NCBI GenBank assembly: GCA_964057225.1
Contig: OZ059900.1
Location: forward strand, 13,950,001-14,014,000
Direction of reading: 5' to 3'
Source of the DNA: Auanema rhodensis
Taxonomy: Eukaryota; Animalia; Nematoda
Length of the DNA stretch: 64,000 bases
The translations under genes and the position numbers were made by a program. Positions 57,366-64,000 of the stretch are shown here, piece by piece. The first letter of the stretch is position 1. Each line of letters starts with the position of its first letter. The notes under the pieces were generated by a model. It was not told the origin of the DNA, ran no database searches, and was given only the letters and a program-made list of their open reading frames with translations.

Positions 57366-58347
57366 ATGAATCGTTCAAATCAGAAATTTGCCGAAAAATG
57401 TAATTTGGTGTCAGTTATCATTTTAATTATTGTTTCTTCGGCTCTAAGTGCGGCTGGCTTACTAAATCCCAGCTGGCAGGTAGTCGACATTCAAGAGTTT
57501 AGAGCTGAGCATCATGTATTTTTTATATTTTTTCTAAATATGTATATATATAAATATATTAGCATGGGCTGTGGTTGGATTGTACAAGATCTGATAAATT
57601 ACAAGCTGTTTCTAATTCGGCTCCTACACCTACTTCTTCGGAACCTTTTCATTGCACGTACAAGTTTGATGTGTCAGCTCTGCAGGTAATCATAATAATT
57701 TTTTTAAAGTAATTAATTTTTATTTTCAAGATGATCGATGAAAATATTGATGATATCAACGAAAACAGTGCTGCTGGAGAAAGCGAACATCATCAGTTCT
57801 TTGGTATTTTATAATAAATAAAATATCAACAAAGTAATAACTCACTATAGAATGGCATAAAGTGGTTTTGGTTTGCATGATATCGTCATTAGTGCTCAAT
57901 TCAGTTGGTTTATGCTTGGCTATCTGCGCCTCATGCAATGGCGGATGTTCGACTATTTTTTCAATTTTATTAGGAATATCACGTTAGCAAATATTTACAA
58001 CTTTTTGTCAAATTATTGTTTTGCAGTTTTTGTGGCCATCATCGGAGATGCGGTATTTTTTTTCGCTGCTCATAGAGTCGATAACCGTTTTGTCCAAGGC
58101 TTGATAGGTACTTATGAGGTTCGCAGTTTATTTAATGCTTGAGAATAATAACTTTTTATTATGTTTTCAGCAACACATAGGCGTTGCGTTTTACATGCAT
58201 TTATCCGGATCTCTTTTGCTACTTTTTTCGTTGATTCTTTCCATTGTGTTAGCATATCAAATACTTGGAAAAAGCGTATCGGACGACATATCTGTACATG
58301 ATCTCACTTTATTTTCCTCAAATCAGAGAAGAAACAGTCCAATCTAA
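57366..58347 (+). CDS. Nematode claudin-like (Clc-like family) four-TM protein
   Basis: TM1 followed by PSWQVVDIQEFRAEHHHGLWLDC...HCTYKFD (W-GLW-C-C signature); AAGESEHHQFFEWHK; three further TM segments; C-terminus NSPI resembles a PDZ ligand. Confidence 0.88.
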
Positions 58348-59864
58348 AACTTTTCTCAAAATTGATTACGTGCTCATGTTTTCGTTTTCGAAAATAAATT
58401 TTCATTACACTAGTGTCGATATTTTGTTTTGAAAACAGTAGGACGTTATGTTTGAGTCATTTTCGGTCATCTTTTTTTGGAAAATATTGTTGAATATTAG
58501 TTTTTTTGCACTCAAAAAAACAATGATGATGATGATAACGAATGTCTTTTTTATAGAAAGTATAATTTCTTTTTCATTGAAATCTAGTAAAATACTTCTT
58601 TTGAAATATAATATCATGAAGCTTTTCATATTATTAATCAGTATATTATACTGACGTCACAATTATTCGCATTTTCGAAAGTTAGGGAAATTAGATATTA
58701 GTATTCATTCTCTGAAATGCTATATTAATTTTATCTTTTTCATTAAATGATTAATCTGTTTTAGAGATTTTAAATTCATTGATAATTCCAAGAATAGGAA
58801 TATTGAAAATCGGAAGAGAGAATCATATACGAACTGCATAAAGGAAATCGAGTAAATTTGATTTTTGTTCGATGCAACCAGAGCGAGAAATCGGGTGGGC
58901 AACAAATAAAAAAATTTAAAAAATAAAATATATAAAAGTAGAAAAAAGGGTGATAGGGCCATTCTTGATTGCATTTGTTATTCATTGACCATATAATACC
59001 CTTTCAACAATTAGTGTGAGAAATTTGAATCTATTTTGAACCCCTCATACAACCAGGAAGTAAAAGTTGCATTAAACCACGTCAGAAAACCAGCCCATTG
59101 AATGACAGAGTCCCGTAGCTGTCCAACCAATATTCTTTTCTTCTCAATTTTTTCTCTCTCTTTTCTCCATTCATCTGTTCGTTCTTTCTTTTTTTCTTTC
59201 ATTTTGTCATCTTTCCATTTTTTCTATCAGTCACACTGCATCTCTTCTCGAAATTTACTCTCTCATCATACGTCAGTGTACGTCCGCTCTCTGATATTTT
59301 CGTTATGTTTCTGTTTCGCTTCGGCTTCCCTGCTTCTCATACATTTTGCTTCTTTCTATCTTATTTTGTCTGCCTTCTCTTTTCTAGTAATACGTGCACA
59401 CTTTAGGGCGTTCTCTAATCGTTTCATACTATTGCAACCTCTTTTCAAGTCTTCACTCAATACAACAAGCATTTCATGTGTTTCTCATTTTTTCTATTTT
59501 TTTGAATCACGTTCATTATATTTCACTGATGCAACATTTTATTCTTACTTCTATCTGTTTTTATCATACACCATCTTTGTGACATAAATTTTTAAATTAT
59601 CTTCATCATCTTCCTCTCGGCATTCTTTTATCTGCGGATTAAACTTCCTATTTCGACTTTTGTTCTATTTCTCTATTTGTGAATTATTTTACACTTATAT
59701 TAACGACAAGCCAATATTGTTTTCAAAAAATGAGAATATTTGAATTCAAAATCTTTTTCACTCTTTTAGCCGAACAAAAAACTTCCTGTTATTGTGATTG
59801 TTACTCTTTCTTTGTAATCCAAATCAAGAAACAACATACTTCTATGTGATGTTTTTCACTTTTG

Positions 59865-59930
59865 TCTCTGCTGTTGCGCGCGGCGGGTGCGAAGCGTATT
59901 GATTGGATGCCCGTGAGCTATTGAGCGAAA
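59865..59930. promoter_or_regulatory. GC-rich island upstream of nfki-1, preceded by a long pyrimidine-rich tract (59100-59620)
   Basis: gctgttgcgcgcggcgggtgcgaagcg in otherwise very AT-rich DNA, 1.2 kb from the ATG. Confidence 0.35.
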
Positions 59931-61092
59931 AAAAGTGCTAATCTCACTAAAATGATGAAATGCTTGGAAAATAAATATGCTTGCTATTCAAAAACGTCAT
60001 GATTTCTGATTTATCTCATCAAATATAATAATATTGTTGTTATCTAATAAACAGGTCAAACTGTATTATCTATATAATATAGTGAGTGATCGCAACTTTT
60101 TCTATAAGAAAGCGAACTATAAAAGCGAAATTTCATATGAAATAACATTGAAATATACTCTTAAAAGCTTATTTTTTGAAATTACTCAAGTTCCACAAAC
60201 TTTGTTTTATCATTAAATACACCAAGAACGATCCATTCAGTTTTTTAGTGAAGTGAAGATTTGTTAGAAAGTTCTCTTAGCCTGTTTGTTTTCTGCCAAA
60301 CCGAAGAACAAACAGGCTATGAGAATTTTTTTCTGTTTGTCTGCGTTGCTATTTACTCTGTATTTGTCTTTACCGTTCACAAAGTCATTATCTATATGCT
60401 TTTTTGATTTCATTTGATTTTGATGTCAATAAATATCTTGGGCTCTACTCTTTTAAAATGTTCTTCATAGCAGACTCTTTCGTTTGTCTCTGGTGAATTC
60501 GCTATTACTCATAATATTTTAACGTCTCTTGGCAATCAATAGGTTATTTTTTGCAACTTTGATCGCCAAGTTCTAAAACAACTTGCTGTGCGCACTCTAG
60601 GGGGAATACAGTGAACAAGAGATTGAATAGAGCGATGGCACGAGGAACGGTTTTGTTTGTGAACGTGAAAAGAAAATTAGTTAAACATAAATCTTTCTGG
60701 CTTGTTTGATTTTGTGTGTAATAAAGAAGGGGGGAAGAGAGAAAGAGAGTAAAATCAATTTCTTTCTGTTTGTATAGAAGTATCACTATTTCCTAATACT
60801 CTCTTACAAATATAAACCCAACTTTACTATTTTTTTCTATATTAATCTAATTTCATTAAATCTATGATTTATATTTTAAAATTTATTAAGCTAATATTAT
60901 CTTATATGTTCGTTGTTTTTAAAAGTTTATTCATTATTCCAACTCATAGTATTTTCTTCCGTCTTCTAGTATACTCTAAGTGCATTCGTCAACTTTATAT
61001 GTTTGAGTATTTTTTTTTTAAAAACATGGAATAATGCTATAGACATAAAGATCATGTATTTGTTTCAATAATTGTGTTTTGTTGTAGTTGAA

Positions 61093-63909
61093 ATGACGGC
61101 AAAGCCAGACAAACAGTTAATTCAACGATGCGTTCCTGCTCAAAATGAGGATGATGTAACTGCTCTTTTTGAACAATTGCGTTTGAATAATGCTGTTGTT
61201 GTTGCTGACGTAAGTATAAAACTAACCAAATTGAAAATAGTGAAAGTACTGATAACAACTTTTTTTTCGATAACAATATTTTTTTTTACACCAACTGTCA
61301 CGAATATGTTTGTTTGACCCGTTGTGTGAAAGATATGTTGAAATATACAATATGTAACTATAAGTATTGTAAAAAAACCAAAAAAACAGTTTGTTGCAAT
61401 GAACATGTAAACTTTGTTCATTATACTAAGGCTTCAAACAAAAATGTCTCTTGGAATACTTGATTTTGTTTTCAGAAAGCACCAGTAAGTCCATCTGACT
61501 TTGTAAGCTTGCAAAGCATTAGATGTTCCGCCTTGGCACGACGGCCAAACACCACAATGAAGTTTTCCAGCTATGCTGATACACTTCTGAGTGATCTACT
61601 CAATCGCGAGTGCACTTTAACAGATGACAAGCTGGAAAACAAGGTATTTAATTTGATTTAAAAAAATAAAAATTTTCAAATAGATTTTGAAATAAATCTA
61701 ATCATTTTTTTGGTTAGTAAGCTCTTACTAGCAGTTTGAAAGCCTTTTTTCCTTGATGCCATAATTAATTGCATTCATTTGCAAGACAATTATATAGTAC
61801 ATTCAATGACGAAAATGAAATAAAACAGCAAATATAATATGAAGCACTTGCTTAGTCTCATCATTTATTGCTTCCAGGCAGAGCAAAAGAAGGAGGATCA
61901 TATAAATACCAAAAATGAAGAAACCAAATCAGAATTAGAAAGCACAGAGAAAAAGGACGTCATCACATTAGAGAAAGCAAGTATATCTACTGAACATGAA
62001 GAAATAGAGAAGAAAACAGATGAAACAACAAATGAAAAAGCTGAAGTAATAAAAAAAGACAAAGAGTCAGAGGACAGCAATACAGAACTGTTACCTCGTG
62101 GACCAGTTCGCAATGCAAGAAACTACGGTCCACATCATCATCCTTATCCATCAGGTAAAAAAGAAGTACTCTCTCTCCAAGCTATTCATATAAATTTTCA
62201 GGTGAGCTTCAATATGGAACTGCCGCTTTGACCACAGTACAAGACTTCACAGCACTTTCCAATTTTGGAGGAGGTTATGAATGTGGTATAACATGGGAAG
62301 ACTCACCTGACCGTGCTGGGTGAGAAACATAGTTTTAGCTGAAAGATATGGTTAATTTACAGATGCCTTTCACAATCATCCACCCCGGATACAATGTCCG
62401 ATCAAGGATACTCTTCTTCGTCTCCAATACTCACATCACCCGGAATTCAAATACGTGAAAAACATGTTGTTACTCAAAGTAAGCGATAATCAGATTTATT
62501 CAACTATTCATATCTTTAGAGCTGACAAGAGAATGTAAAGAACTTCCTGATACACTTGTTGACTTCATTCTCACTTTTTCCCGTAAGCAACATTGCCTAA
62601 TAGCTGAAACTTTTCTATTCATATTACAGATACCGAAACTGATCGACCAAAATCAAATAACTCTGCTTACAATGAAAGCCCAGAAGGTCCTCTTGGATGT
62701 CAAAGGTTGCCGTCTACGTCACCATTTCATTCAAACGCAAATATTTTTATAGTGGTCCTACGACTCCTCATTCTGTTCAAAACCGCAGCGTGAACCAGAA
62801 AGGAAATCAACGAACAGCCTGCTTTGCTCTTCGTAGCAGCATACCAAGAGATAAATTCGAAGAAGCGTGGGCTTGGGCTTTGGTTAATCAAGAAGTAATT
62901 GAAAAAAAAACTTTTTAATATAAGATTTATTAATATTAGATGATACTGGAAAACAAAGGAGATACAGATGGTGACACCCTGCTTCACATCCTCGTCTCTC
63001 AACAGGATAATGCTAAAGTATATGCTGCTATAGAACACCTGAGAAAGCATGACGTGGGAATTAACAGTCGTCAATACGACAAACCAAATAAGAATAATGA
63101 AACACCATTGTATATTGCAGTTTTACAAGGAAACCTTCATGTAATTCTTTCTGCTAAGTTAAATTCTTAAAGAAATATCTTTTCAGCTTGTCAATTATTT
63201 CTTGGAACTTGGCGTTGACACAAATATTCGCAGCTATCGTGGAGATCAAGATTCACCATTGCATAATGCTGCTGCTCGGGGTAATTTCGAAATTGTGAAG
63301 GTAATTTTAAATTTATTTTTATTACTTATTAGTCATCGATTTATAGAGTCTCTGCAATCATTCAAGCATTGATATCAATAAAGTAAATGCTCGTGGACAA
63401 ACACCGTTGCTTTGTGCTATCCGCAGTCATGGTGCAATAGATGAAGAATCAAGCTGCAAACTTGATAACAGCGATATCATCAAGTTTTTATTGAAAAAGA
63501 ACGCAGATTCTGCTATTGCCGTATGTTTTGAATGTCTAAATACTACATAGTTATTCAAAGAGTTAGTCTTTATTTTATTCATTTAGGATCACAATGGTCG
63601 TACGATTGTGCATTATATAATTGAAACCGGTGAACCAGAACTATTGGATGTAAACAAATATTCTAAAAGATGAAAATGTATTTGATATTTTAGCTTCTTC
63701 GCAGAAACGTTGATGATGGTAAAGTGACAACACTTGTGAACCAAGAAGATTATTCTGGCATTTGCCCAATGAAAATGATTCATAACATTCCTAATGTAAA
63801 AGATAGGTATGATTCAAATAATATATTAAATATTTCATATGTATTTTCAATAATTTTCAGAACAGCAATGGTTCTTCCAATGTTGACATGTGGAGCTGGT
63901 CTTCTCTAA
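61093..63909 (+). CDS. nfki-1: IkappaB-zeta/Bcl3-like ankyrin repeat protein
   Basis: Low-complexity N-terminal half, then ankyrin repeats DTDGDTLLHILV, NETPLYIAVLQG, DSPLHNAAARG, GQTPLLCAIRSHGAIDEE..K.DN (insert I recall from NFKI-1), GRTIVHYII; ends MLTCGAGLL*. Confidence 0.83.
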
Positions 63910-64000
63910 CTCCAAGAAGCTTTGCAAAAAAAAGAAAGAGAAACATATTGCAGAATATATAATCTTACAGAAAATATAATCAAAACAACAAATTCATCTA

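Overview
Very AT-rich eukaryotic DNA with many 40-55 nt GT..AG introns and TTTCAG/TTTAG acceptors, typical of a rhabditid nematode. The ORF track captures only exon fragments, so gene models were spliced by eye. From left to right: the end of a 1823-bp-period direct repeat whose unit carries a divergent SUMO-like gene without a C-terminal GG; a ~21-copy 95-bp satellite ending in a GC-rich hairpin; adm-2 (+); a 3.6-kb near-perfect palindrome with four copies of a ~200-bp module in and around it; an unusually large hpk-1 (-) with a 1620-nt phase-0/0 exon encoding an unrecognised domain and a C-terminal (AEAQAR)n tract; sgca-1 (-); a 149-aa orphan (-); grk-1, aex-3 (two paralogous terminal exons), npr-19, sli-1, a claudin-like gene and nfki-1 (all +). 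As I recall, the named C. elegans orthologues are all X-linked. No tRNA, rRNA, CRISPR array, telomere repeat array or transposase was seen. The best novelty candidates are the SUMO-like tandem unit with its satellite boundary, the palindrome with its repeated module, and the HPK-1 insertion exon. Orthology calls rest on recalled sequence motifs, not on database searches.
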